This document shows positions 13,497 to 25,499 of a stretch of DNA of 64,000 nt, piece by piece. The notes under the pieces were generated by a model. It was not told the DNA's origin. It searched no databases and saw only the letters and a program-made list of their open reading frames with translations. The DNA is from Pristiophorus japonicus (taxonomy: Eukaryota), in NCBI RefSeq assembly GCF_044704955.1, contig NC_091979.1:244156001-244220000 (forward strand), written 5' to 3'. The first letter of the stretch is position 1. Each line of letters starts with the position of its first letter. Both the position numbers and the translations under genes were made by a program.

Positions 13497-13759
13497 TGCC
13501 ACCGAACAGCAACTCCAGTTGTTTCATGTACATTCCATTTTAGTTTTGGGCTGCTGAGGCCAATTCTGTATTCCCACCAACACTCAGATCACCCAACTCA
13601 GCTGAAGCTGGAACTTTCCTGATCTGCAATGATCAGCACTAGACCCTGCACTGCACTTATCCAATAGTTGCGATTTTATGGTAAATTTAGTCCACAGCAG
13701 ATCTGCAGTAGCAAATTAATGGTCGCTTCCAAATTCACACCTGTAATTCAAGTTTATTT

Positions 13760-14335
13760 CACTGTCCTCATCACTGTGCTGAAGCCCTCATCCATGCCTT
13801 TGTTACCGCCATACTTGACTATTCCAACACACTCCTGGTTGACCTCCTACATTCTACCCTACGTAAACTAGCAGTGATCAAAAAATCGACTGCCCATGTC
13901 CTAACTTGTACCAAGTCCCGCTCACCCATCACCCCTTGCTGACCTACATTGGCTTCCAGTTAAACAACGCCTCGATTTCAAAATTCTCTCTTATTTTCAA
14001 ATCCCTCCATAGCCTCGCCCCTCCCCATCTCTAATCTCCTCCAGCCCCACGAGATGTCTGCGCTCCTCTAATTCTGCCCTCTTGACCATCCTTGATTATA
14101 AATCGCTCAACCATCGGTGGCCGTGCTTTCTGTTGCCTAGTCCCCAAGCTCTGGAACTCCCTGCCAAAACCTCTCTGCCTCGCTATCCTCCTTCATAACA
14201 TATCTCTTTGACCAAGCCCTGTGCTAATTTCTACTTTTGTGGCTTGGTGTCAAATTTATCTCTCATAATACCCGTGAATTGCCTTGGGACATTTCACTAC
14301 GTTAAAGGTGCTATATAAATACAAGTTGTCGTTGT
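13760..14335 (+). mobile_element. L2-type LINE 3' fragment
   Basis: Decayed AEALIHAFVT..LDYSN.LL ORF2 C-terminus and the L2-type tail ending gctatataaatacaagttgtcgttgt. Confidence 0.75.
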
Positions 14336-16295
14336 CCCCTTTAAAATACAGGATGCCTCCAACAGCAAGGGCATTGAAGGCAAACCAGTTGTAGAAGTGA
14401 TCCAAAGCTCTCATTACTGAAAGAAGTGAAACCCCGAATGAACAAACATTATACTGAATGGTGCCAGCAATCAGTATGCGCCCACACCACCACGCATCAG
14501 ATTGTCATTTTGCAGTGTGGCTGCAGGTAAGTTAACCTATCTGTTGTCCAAGAAAGCTAGCAATGTATTGTTGGTGTTACTGGCGTTGAAAGACCTCTTG
14601 CTTGCCACCCATTCCCAAATGGCTCACCAGACTGGCAAACCTGTGCCTTCCATTACTCTCCCTTTTAAAAAAGAGGCAGTTAATTGGATATTGCAACACA
14701 TTTTTTTGGTGTGGCCTTTCTATGGCTTCTCCATAACAGCAAAACTTAAGAAAATTCATGATCTTGCTCACATCTGCTCAAAAACTAAGCAGCTTGTAGC
14801 TGCATACAGATTGCACACCATCACAGGAAGAAAAAGACAAGAAAGGTCATTCAGCCCATCCATTCAGAAAAGCTTACAATAATGTCCCATAATGTAATCT
14901 AACTGTCCCTTGAATGAGAAAGGTTTTCATCTACACTACCCTACCTGTAAGACCTTGGTGTCTAGCAGCTAGGTGCTCATTCTAGGCCTTGAGGCAAGGA
15001 GAAAAAGGAAACAGAGCATTAAAGATAAAGACAAAGCAGACACGAGCAGCAAGAGGAAAATCAGATTGAAAACAAATCGAGGCAAAAACATGTAAAACAA
15101 AAGTTACTAGTTTAGAACCTACCCATCACAATTTTTCCTGCATACATTCAATAACGTTGTGAAAACAGCATGTTTTCAAAATAATCAAAATCTCCCAACT
15201 TTTTTGGGTTGTATTCACATCCTTGTCTGCAAAAGGTAAGACTACAGGAGTAAGAAATGTGCTGCATTGAAAGTCTTATTATATGGGAACAATGAAATTC
15301 AAAATGGAACACCTCATGAGATCCAGATCTATTATCACATGGACATGCCTTTGTTGACCTGCGTTGGGAGATGTGTCCCAAACCTAAAGCCAGAAGTGTT
15401 CCCCTGCACTAAAAATAAACCTATTTAAATGCATCACAACTGTTTTCCCCCACCCCCGTCAACTTCAAAGGTGCTGATTAATACACTATATGGGAACACT
15501 ATTTTCTAATAATGTTGTATAAATTGGTGTTTAAATAACATCTGTACAGCTTCAGCATCAGTGCAAATACATGGCAGTTTAGAATTCAAAGCTAATTATA
15601 TGAAATCTCAACTTATCCTTTTTTTTAAATGAATGGATTCAAGATTACAACTGAATCCAATTAAAAATAACCAAATTACTATCACACCTGGTAAATTGTG
15701 ATATGTATCTGCCTTTTAAAAACATTAAAGTGCAGCAAAGTTCACAAACAATTACCAGTTCTGACTGAAAATTCTCAAACTGGGACTAACTTCTTTTGAA
15801 GTTGATTGTTTTTAATCACTAGCAATTATCCAAATTTAAACTACACATTTACAAATTACTTATTTGTTACAATTATGACAGTAGTTAGTTAAAAATTAAA
15901 CACAAAACAGGAAAAAAAAATCACTTTATCCACTCGCTGACAGCACTGTTTTTGTTAGAGAAATTGACCAGAAAATTCCACAGTCCGTTTTATTAGGACA
16001 CTATTATTTTACAAAATTACTTCACGCTGAAATAAATTAAAATGATGCAAACGAAAGTTCTTCAAACAATTTTTTTTAAATCTAACTTTATGTTCCAGAT
16101 ACTTATGTAAAATTACAAGTTTATTTATAATAAGTACGTGTTTGCTTTAAAGCCCCGTGGCAATGGTAAGATCCACTTCCTTTCAAATTGATGGTTGCAG
16201 AAACTTTCTCTGAGATGCAAATAATTGAAACTTTATTAAAAAAAAAGGTAAACACGAGAGCCCTATCAGACTGACAAAAAGTTTTTTGTTAAACT

Positions 16296-16470
16296 TTTAA
16301 AAGCTCGAAACTTTTAGAAGCAGCGAGAAACGTTTAAAAGCTCGAAACTTTTAGAAGCAGCGAGAAACTTTTCAACAAAGAAATCTGTGCACTAAAAAAG
16401 GGGAATAACTGAAAGAAATCTGTGTACTAAAATAAGGGAGAAACTGAAAGAAATATGTGTACTATAAAGA
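16296..16470. repeat. Two short tandem duplications in SUFU intron 1
   Basis: A 37-bp unit x2 (tttaaaagctcgaaacttttagaagcagcgagaaac) followed by a ~35-bp unit x3 (aaagaaatctgtgtactaaaa...). Confidence 0.8.
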
Positions 16471-16609
16471 GGAATTGGAAAAAAAATTGTTCACTTAAAA
16501 AAAGGAAATAATTGAAAACAATCTGATGTAAAGAGCCAACTTGCAAACCACAAAAAAGGAAAAGTCTGAATTTAAATTGCCTCAAATCAAAACCGTTGCC
16601 TTGATTTAA

Positions 16610-17550
16610 CGTAACTTGTCGGCTGCGGGGCCTGGGCCCGAAGTGGAAAAGTTGTTGATGTCGAGGGTAACGTACCAGTACTTGACGATGGCGGTGACTT
16701 GCAGCGGATTGGGCTGGTCCGAGTAAAGCCGCCTGCACTCCTGGTAGATGGCGTGCAGACCGACGGGCAGCAGCGCGGCGAGAGCCGGCCCGCTAGGCCT
16801 CAACTCCTCCATCGCTCCGGGTGCACAGGCGCCGGCTCTCGTCCGTCCTCCCGACCCTGGCTCCCGATCAGCCGACAGCTTCTTCTCCTTCTCCTCCCCA
16901 CCGCGTCAAAACTCAAGCCAGCTTTTCTGCTCAGCTTCAGGCCAAGCGCAGCTTCTCTCGTCAGCTTAGGATTGTCTCTCGGCTCCGCTCCAGCTCCCGC
17001 TGCTGCTGTTTGGTTCGCTCTGATTGGCCGCTGACTCCCCCCTCCCCTGCTGTTTAGCTCTCTCTGATTGCCCGCCAACTCCACACCCACCCTGCTGTTT
17101 GACTCGCTCTGATTGGCCGCCGATTCCCCCCTCTTCTGTTTAGCTCCTTCTAACTGCTCGCCGCCCCCCACGCTGATGTTTTTCTCGCTCTGATTGGCCG
17201 CCGGCTCCCTCCTCCCCCCACGGCTATTTGGCTCGCTCTGATTGGCTGCCGGCTCCCCCGCTGCTGTTTGGCTCGCTCTGATTGGCTGCCGGATCCCCTT
17301 CTGTTTGACTCGCTCTGATTGGGCGCTAGCTCCCCCCTCTGCTGTTTAGTTCCTTCTGTTTGGTTGCCGCCCTTCCCGCTGTTTGGCTCGCTCTGATTGG
17401 CCGCCGGCTCCCCTCCCCCGCTGATGTTTAGCTCGCTCTAATTGGCCGCCGGCTGCTCACGCTGCAGTTTGCCTAGTTCTGATTCGCGGCCTGCTCCCAG
17501 GGTTGCCGTGTGCTCCGATTCGCTCCCAACGTTCTCCAGTCAGGCTCGCG
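16610..17550 (-). promoter_or_regulatory. CpG-rich SUFU promoter/5' UTR with tandem CCAAT (NF-Y-type) boxes
   Basis: High CpG density compared with the flanks. ATTGG (CCAAT on the SUFU strand) occurs at 17023, 17112, 17193, 17241, 17281, 17318, 17396 and 17441, inside a ~40-45 bp repeat unit. Confidence 0.85.
16676..16812 (-). CDS. SUFU: Suppressor of fused, coding exon 1 (137 bp, phase-2 intron follows)
   Basis: Translation MEELRPSG...GLHAIYQECRRLYSDQPNPLQVTAIVKY-W matches the vertebrate SUFU N-terminus (human GLHAIYGECRRLYPDQPNPLQVTAIVKYW). Donor TG|GTACGT at 16675-16670. Lies in a CpG-rich region. Confidence 0.97.
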
Positions 17551-17564
17551 TGTTAAGGGTAAAG

Positions 17565-18145
17565 TGTTAGCTCAGTGGTTCAGTGGGTAGCACTCTCGCT
17601 TCTGAAGCAGAAAGTTATAAGTTCAAATCCCACACCAGGAACTTGAGTACAAAAATCTCGACTTCTATTGCAGTGCTGAGGGACTATCATCAACATAGGC
17701 ATTCTCTTGAAATCAAAGTAGACTTGCTTCTACTCTAAACGTGAATTCTTAGGTGACTGAACAGTCCAATACAGGAATTACAGTCTCTGTCACAGGTAGG
17801 ACAGACAGTGGGCGCTGAGGGAACGCTACACTGTTGGAGGTGCTGTCTTTTGGATGAGACATTAAACCAAGGCCCCGTCTGCTCTCTCAGGTGAACATAT
17901 TTTGAAGAAGAGCAGGGGAGTTATCCCCGGTGTTCTGGACAATATTTATCCCTCAATCAACATAGTAATAACACATTATTTGGTCATTATCACATTGCTG
18001 TTTGTGGGAGCATGCTGTGCGCAAATTGGCTGCCGCGTTTTGCACTTTACAACAGTGACTATACTCCAAAAGTACTTAATTGGCTGTAAAGCACTTCGGG
18101 ACATTCGGTGGTCGTGAAAGGTGCTATATAAATGCAAATATTTCT
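17565..18145 (+). mobile_element. DeuSINE interrupted by an RTE 3' fragment (~17690-17810, minus strand)
   Basis: SINE head at 17565. Reverse RTE tail catcaacataggc...gacttgcttctactctaa. The SINE core and tail resume at ~17812. Confidence 0.75.
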
Positions 18146-18309
18146 TTTTGTTCTGTACTGCTCCTCACACTTTCAGTTTCTACCCCTCACATTGCTCCTA
18201 ACACTCTGGTTCTACCTCTCACGTCAACTCCTACTCAACCACTGCCTATTGTGCGGTTGCTAAGTTGCGGAACCTCCAGGCCATTTGTCTCCAAAATGAC
18301 CAGAGCAAT

Positions 18310-18850
18310 TTACCGCAACATCCTGTAGAACCCCTGGGAGGACAGACGCACCAACATTAGCGTCCTCGACCAGGCCAGTATCTCCAGCACTGACCACACT
18401 TGATCAGCTCCGTTGGGCAGACCACATTGTTCGCATGCCTGACACGAGACTCCCAAAGCAAGCGCTCTACTCGGAACTCCTTCACGGCAAACGAGCCAAA
18501 GGTGGGCAGAGGAAACGTTACAAGGACACCATCAAAGCCTCCCTGATAAAGTGCAACATCCCCACTGACACCTGGGAGTCCCTGGCCAAAGACCGCCCTA
18601 AGTGGAGGAAGTGCATCCAGGAAGGCGCTGAGCACCTCGAGTCTCATCGTCGAGAGCATGCAGAAATCAAGCGCAGGCAGCAAAGAGCGTACGTCAAATC
18701 TGTCCCACCCTCCCTTACCCTCAACAACTATCTGTCCCACCTGTGACGGGAACTATGGCTCTCGTATTGGACTGTTCAGCTACCTAAGGACTCATTTTAA
18801 GAGTGGAAGCAAGTCTTCCTCGATTCTAAGGGACTGCCTATGATGATGAT
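18310..18850 (+). mobile_element. RTE LINE 3' fragment
   Basis: ORF MPDTRLPKQALYSELLHGKRAKGGQRKRYKD... and (tga)n tail. Confidence 0.9.
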
Positions 18851-18890
18851 ATTCCTGAGAGTTTAAAGAGACAAGCCCGTTTCCACTTTC

Positions 18891-19646
18891 GGCCTAGATT
18901 TTGCTGCGTTGATGATGGTGAGGTTATCAGCGTAGGCCGTTATTACTGCACAAAAGTGACAGCAGCTTCTGGCTTCTGGAAGTTGCTGTCAGTGATACCC
19001 TGCTTCTCCTCAGGCTGCGCTGTTGCAGTCCTCGCAATGTAATCTGCACAGAGACAGATGGTAAAATTAGAGCTTGTAGAATCAGGACTAACTGAGTTTT
19101 TAATGGCATATTAAGTGTTAATTAATGCTGAGTTTTTAATGGCATATTAAGTGTTAATTAATGCTGAGTTTTTAATGGCATATTAAGTGTTAATTAATGC
19201 TGAACAACCTCTCTGGCCCTGAAAATGTAATTTTACAAGTGTGGAGTCTCATTCCCTCAGAAGAAAATTAATGTTGCAGATTAAAATTAAAATCATTTTT
19301 TAAGTTTTTCTATTTTTCTATTTAATGTTTCTCCTTGAATGCCATGTGCATGTCCCAATCTTTATTTTTCTGCCTTTACAATGATTTAAATGTCATTTAT
19401 AATTTCTAGTTTTTTACTTCCTGCTTTACCGTCTGTGAGGATTCTTCAATCTGATTGGTTGTGAAGATGCCACGCTGCTTGAACTGCTCACAGATGTCAC
19501 AGATGCCCTGTAGAGGGCGCCGAGTTCAAACAGACGGTGGATGACTGGACATCGCCACTGACAAGCTCGCTAAAAGTCTATGCGCAATTGTACGTGAGGT
19601 GAACAGCGAACACCATTCCTTTGCCGCTCACAGCAAAATCTGGGCC
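18891..19646. mobile_element. Harbinger-like MITE
   Basis: 16-bp TIR ggcctagattttgctg / cagcaaaatctgggcc (1 mismatch). No ORF. Confidence 0.75.
19092..19203. repeat. 36-bp perfect tandem repeat x3 inside the MITE
   Basis: ctgagtttttaatggcatattaagtgttaattaatg at 19092, 19128 and 19164, with no spacers. Confidence 0.95.
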
Positions 19647-19974
19647 AATACAGCTGTGCCTACACTTTTAAAAGACTTGCATATATTCAGCACCTTATCT
19701 GGTCAATCAGAAACATCTCAATGGTTTTAGCTAGAATTAATTACTTTGAGTTGATTATTGTTATGCAAAAATAAATTGCTTTGCAGGAACAAACATAATT
19801 GCCAGGAATTTGCAGTCAACGGTGAAGCAAAGGCCTTCGGCGCTGGCCCCGAAGTATGCTCTGCACAAGGATCTCATGATCCCAGTGTCGAGAATTTCGG
19901 GTTTTCCGACCTTGAATTCAATTCAACGGAAATTAATGGGGATCCCCTGGTGTGAAATGCTGTGATGTCAACAG

Positions 19975-20470
19975 GTTTGCATTAGAGACTGTTCAGAGAA
20001 GGTTCTCTAGGTTGATTCCGGAGATGAGGGGGTTGACGTATGAAGATAGGTTGAGTAGATTGGGCCTGTACAAATTGGAGTTCAGAAGAATGAGAGGTGA
20101 TCTTATCGAAACATATAAGATAATGAGGGGGCTCGACAAGATGGATGCAGAGAGGATATTTCCACTCATAGGAAAAACTAAAACTACAGGACATAGTCTC
20201 AGAATAAGGGGCTGCCCATTTAGAACTGAGATGAGGAGGAATTTCCTCTTTCAGAGGGTTGTAAATCTATGGAATTCTCTGCCCCAGAGAGCTGTGGAGG
20301 CTGGGTCATTGAATATATTTAAGGCGGAGATAGACCGACTTTTGAGTGATAAGGAAGTAAAGGGTTATGGGGAGCGGGCAGGGAAGTGGAGCTGAATCTA
20401 TGATCAGATCAGCCATGATCCTATTACATGGCGGAGCAGGCTCGAGGGGCTAGGTGGCCTACTCCTGCTC
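19975..20470 (+). mobile_element. CR1 LINE 3' fragment inserted into an older MITE-like repeat (~19800-20780)
   Basis: ORF 19952-20395 ALETVQRRFSRLIPEMRGL...LWNSLPQRAVEA. Confidence 0.85.
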
Positions 20471-20779
20471 TGGAACAGGTTGCACTATGCTCCCCACGCT
20501 CCCCCCCCCCCCCCCCCACATAGAGGCGGCAATCTGTGTAATCACCCAAATCAGGGAAACTGACCAAAGCTTTGGCTCTCCCGCAGTAATTACGCTGTTA
20601 AATTCATCATTGAAAGTTTGACCCAAGGGATTAGGTGTAACCCTAGGATTTAACGGCGTATTGACTGCCAAGCAACTGTTAAGGGCCTGGAAAACTAATT
20701 TTAATTTTGTGCAGCATGAAATTTGACAATTTTAATAAAAATTTAAATTTTAAAGAAATATTTCACCCTCTGGGTGAAC

Positions 20780-21048
20780 AAAATCTCCTCAAATCCCCCC
20801 TAAACCGTCTGCCACTTACTTTAAATCTATGCCCTCTGGTTATTGACCCCTCTGCTAAGGGGACTAGGTCCTATCCACTCTATCTAGGCCCCTCATAATT
20901 TTATACACCTCAATAAGGTCTCCCCTCAGCCTCCTCTGTTCCAAAGAAAACAAACCCAGCCTATCCAATCTTTCCTCATAGCTAAAATCCTCTAGTCCAG
21001 GCAACATCCTCGTAAATCTCCTCTGTACCCTCTCCAGTGCAATCACAT
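20780..21048 (-). mobile_element. CR1 LINE fragment
   Basis: ORF 20864-21046 IALERVQRRFTRMLPGL... Confidence 0.85.
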
Positions 21049-21462
21049 CAAAAAAATCTCAGCTCCCAGCAACAGGATCCATTAACAAACCAGGTTGGCT
21101 GGTCAATCATTAGTACTGTCGAGGAGTGCTTCCTTGGCTGTAGTATTGGATTGCTGAGTTGCTGAGGGTATTCTCGGTTCTGATCTTCCATTGCCAGCTG
21201 TGCCATCTTGGAGCCACCTTGACCCCAAAGAGACCAATTTTACTCCCCCAGCCTTCAAGTAGGATAGTTACGAGTTGATCTGCCTGTCCGCATGGTTGGA
21301 AAACGTCCTCTATGTGCTGGCTGTAAAGACTGCAAAATGAACAGCCTGGACCCGATTCATAGTGAGTATACATAGTGAGTCCACAGCACAATACAACTAC
21401 TAATTTCATACCAATTGGCAGCTTCACTCAGATGGACCATAGGACGGCTTGTGTGGGAGAAA

Positions 21463-21905
21463 AAAGAAAGATTTGCATTTCTACAGCGCCTTTCACAATT
21501 TCAGGACATCTCAAAGCACTTTACAGACATGAAGTACTTTTGAAGTCTACTGTAGGAAACGTTGCAGCCAATTTGCATACAGCAAGCTCCCACAAACACA
21601 AATGACCAGATAATCAGTTTTAGTGATATTGATTGAGGTATAATTATTGGCTAGGTCACCAGGAATAACTCCTCTGCTCTTCTTCAAAATCGTGTCATGG
21701 GATCTTTTACATCCACCTGAGAGAGCAAACGGCCTCAGTTTAACATCTCATCCAAAAGACAGCATCTCTGACAATGCAGTGCTCCCTCAGTACTACACCA
21801 GAGTGTCAGTCTAGATTTTTGAGCTCAAGCCTTTGGCATGGGATTTGAACCCACAACCTTCTGATTCAGAGGCAAGAATGCTGCCCACTGAGCCACAGCT
21901 AACAC
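21463..21905 (-). mobile_element. DeuSINE (SacSINE1-like)
   Basis: Full-length reverse copy. Confidence 0.85.
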
Positions 21906-22479
21906 CATGAAAAATATTGCTCTATTGTAGTAGAGTGTCCTTCTGAGGGTGGGTACAGGCAGAGTAAACATAGCATTACTCTACATTTATTTATGTAGTC
22001 CTTAATTCGAGAGTGCATATTGTTGACACTATGCTCAGTAGCAATAAGATTCGTCACCTTGACAAACACAAGAATTCACCAATTAAAAAAAAATTGGACT
22101 TATTTAAAATGGTGGATAGAGCACCTGCAGTACATTAAAATGATGAATACTTTGCCCTCTGGACCCAAGTATAAAATAATTTAAAATTTAAAGAATGATA
22201 CCATTATAAAGAAATGCTTCAGCTAAAATACTGCAGCATATTTGCTTTTATCTGAAGTTGAAGTAATTATCTGAATTATATTTTGTTCTCTCTGCTCCTA
22301 AAGACTGTTGGATTAAGGTTGTACAAATGTCAGTTGGCCTCTGGAACCTTGCAGAAGTGACCATTTTTTATGGGCAAGCCTTAATAGCAAACGATGGCAG
22401 TGTATTTGACCAGAAGGAACGACAGGGATCACAACCCAAGCTTAATTGTGTTCTGACCCACTGAACCGCACCATAAGAA

Positions 22480-22857
22480 CTTGGCTACGTTACACTCGGT
22501 CCCTTCTTCCAAGTCGTTAATATAGATTGTAAATAGTTGGGGTCCCAGCACTGATCCCTGCAACACCCCACTAGTTACTGATTGCCAACCCGAGAATGAA
22601 CCATTTATCCCAACTCTCTGTTTTCTGTTAGTTAGCCGATCCTCTATCCATGCTAATATATTACCCCCAACCCCATGAACTTTTATCTTGTGCAATAACC
22701 GTTTATGTAGCACCTTGTCAAATGCCTTCTGGAAGTCCAAATACACCACATCAACTGGTTCCCCTTTATCCACCCTGTTCATTACATCCTCAAAGAACTC
22801 CAGCAAATTTGTCAAACATGACTTCCCTTTCATAAAACCATGCTGACTCTGCCTGAC
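22480..22857 (-). mobile_element. CR1 internal RT fragment
   Basis: [20 protein letters not shown]...[12 protein letters not shown]...[21 protein letters not shown]...AKF. Confidence 0.9.
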
Positions 22858-23440
22858 CTGGATTGTGATTAGCAACAGGATCAGGATCTCTACCTTAGTT
22901 TTCCTCTCCTGAAGGAGTGGGGAAGGGGAGGATGCTGAGGCCAGTTGTGGTGCCCCTACCAGTATCCAGCTGAGATCAGCTATCGCAGCATAGACTGGAG
23001 GTCCAACCTGGGATCTTCCCACTCTATTGTATCACAGTTATTGGCCCGGAATTTGTAGTTGGGGTGAGGGCGAGCTGGCAGCGTTCGCCATAATTCCGAG
23101 GAATAAACTACAAGAGCAAGGAGGTTATGCTTGAACTGTATAAAACACTAGTTAGGCCACAGCTAGAGCACTGCGTGCAGTTTTGGTCACCGCATTACAG
23201 GAGCATTTGGTTAGACAAGCAATAGGAAACTTATTATTTCAAAATTCTCATCCTTGTTTACAAATCCCTCCATGGCCTCGCCCCTCCTATCTCTGTAATG
23301 TCCAGCAGCCTCACAACCTACCGAGATATGCGCATCCATGATTATAATCGCTCAACCATTGGTGGCCGTGCCTTCTGATGCCTAAGCCCGAAGCTCTGGA
23401 ACTCCCTGCCTAAACCTCTCCACCTCTCTTTCTTCTCCAT

Positions 23441-25144
23441 GGGCCCAAGTTTCGGGCCGCGCCTAGAACGGCGCAGCCCCGACCTGGACGCCCGTTTTTC
23501 GCGCCACAAAGTGCGCCTAAAAAAAACTGACAGATTCTCCAGCTCACTGCTGGTCCTCTGGAGTCAGGGGCAGCGCAGCACGAGCTGTGGGGGGCGGAGC
23601 TAGATCCCTGCGCTGAAAACAGTGCCGGGACCTCTGCACATGCGCGCTACAGTGAGCGCGCATGTGCAGTAGCTCCAGGCGCCCAAAACTGTGTGGGAGG
23701 GGCCCGAAGCACACAGCCCCTAGCCCTGGCCGAATGGCCTTACTGGGGCTGCGTGCATAAGGCTGCCTCCCACGCCCAGCTCCTGCTTCCTCCCAACTCG
23801 ACTCCCGCTTCCCCCATGCCCCCGGACCGGACCCGCGCTCCCCCCCCCCACCCGACCTGACCTCTCTCTCCCTCCCTCCGCCCCACCCGCGACCCGAACC
23901 GAACCGACCTCCCTCCCACCACCCCTCCGACCCGACCCGCGCTCCTGACCCCCCCCACCTCACGTGGACCTGACCCAACCTGACCTCCCTCCCCCTGCCC
24001 CCGACACGAATCGACCCGACCTCCCTCTGCTCACCCCACCCCGGCCTGACCCGCGCTCCCCCCCCCCCCCCGACCCGACCCGTACTCCCGACCGCCCCCC
24101 CGGACCGGACCCGACCTCCCTCCGCCCCCCCGACCCGACCCGCGCTCCCGACCCCGACCCGCGCTCCCCCCGACCTGACCCGCGCGCCTGACCCCGGACC
24201 CGACCCAACACCACCTACCTGTAAATCTGGTGCTGGGGACGGTCCCTGCCCGAAGTCTTGGGCCCAGCTGGGCCCGGCCCATTCAGCCTCCCTCCCCCTT
24301 CTCCTTTCCCCCACCTTCTTCTTTCCTCCCCCCTTCTCCTTCCCCCCCCCTTCTCCTTCCCCCTCTTCTCCTTTCCCCCCTTCTCCTTCCCTTTTCCCTC
24401 TCCCCCCTCCCCCTTCTCCCCATCCCTCCCTCCCTCCCCTCCCCCTGCCCCCCTTTCCCTCCCCCTGCCCCCCTTTCCCTCTACCCCCCTCCTCTCCCTC
24501 CCCTCGCTGTCAGAAACACAGACACTGACAGAGAGTGAGAGACACACACAGACAGACAGACAGAGAGATAGAGACACTGACAGAGACACACTGTCGGGGG
24601 GGGGGGGGGGGATCCCAGCACGCTGTTGGAGGGCTCCCGGTGCTGCAGTCGGTAAGTAGAAAATGTTTTATTTATTGATTTAAATTTTTTTTTATTTCTT
24701 ATTAATTTTTTTTGATTGATTTATTGGTTGATTTATTTATGTTTTTATCATTTATTATTGATGATGGCTCTTTATTTGTAAAACTGAAGTGTTTAATGTT
24801 TGTAACCTTCCCTTTAAACCCCCCCCCCCCATTCCCTACGCCTGATTTGTAACCTACGCCTGATTTTCTAAAGTGTAGACAAGGTTTTTTCCAGCGTACA
24901 AAAATCTTCACTTACTCCATTCTAAGTTAGTTTGGAGTAAGTTTTCACTGCCGAAACTTTGAAAACAGGCGTAAGTGGTCGGATACGCCCCCTTTTGAAA
25001 AAAAAATTCTGTTCCAAAGTGAAACTGTTCTAACTGACTAGAACTGGAGCAAACTAAATGCCGAGAATTTGAATTTCTAAGATACTCCGTTCTACACCAG
25101 TTGCTCCAAAAAATCAGGAGCAACTGAGGCCGAAATTTGGGCCC
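23441..25144. mobile_element. Large non-autonomous Harbinger-like TIR element inserted in an L2 3' end
   Basis: TIRs gggcccaagtttcgggcc / ggccgaaatttgggcccc. The flanks 23240-23440 and 25145-25300 join into one L2 tail. Interior is CpG-rich and low-complexity. Confidence 0.8.
23780..24610. repeat. C-rich minisatellite, polypyrimidine tract and (GACA/GAGA)n
   Basis: Degenerate ccgacccgacccgcgctc units (23780-24210), near-pure C/T tract (24285-24505), then gaca/gaga repeats and a poly-G run. Confidence 0.9.
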
Positions 25145-25499
25145 CTTAAAACCTAACTCTTTAACCAAGCTTTTGATCATCTGCCATAATATCTTCTTAT
25201 GTGGCTCGGTCAAATCTTTGTCTGATAATACACCTGTGAAGCACCTTGGGACATTTTACTACTTTAAAGGTGCTATGTAAATACATGTTGTTATTGTTAT
25301 TAGTGCTCTGTGCTGGTAAGCTGCACATTTTTAATTGGCTAAACAGCAGTATCCTTGCACACACTTGGGAGCTCCAAGTCCTGGCTCTGGTCAATCTGTG
25401 CCTAAGCTCATTGGCCTCGTGTAGGTGGAGTGTACCTCTATGAAAAAATAGTGTGCACTCCATGTTGGGCAAACAAATCCACCCCCCCCCCCCTCCCCC

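Noticed and set aside
16606-16675. ORF tail YVTLDINNF... after SUFU exon 1
   Set aside because: This is read-through into intron 1 past the GTACGT donor.
19092-19203. 36-bp direct repeats of CRISPR-like length
   Set aside because: The units are head-to-tail with no spacers, lie inside a eukaryotic MITE, and no cas genes are present.
23544-24659. Several long Gly/Arg- or Pro-rich ORFs
   Set aside because: They arise from stop-poor low-complexity sequence within a MITE.
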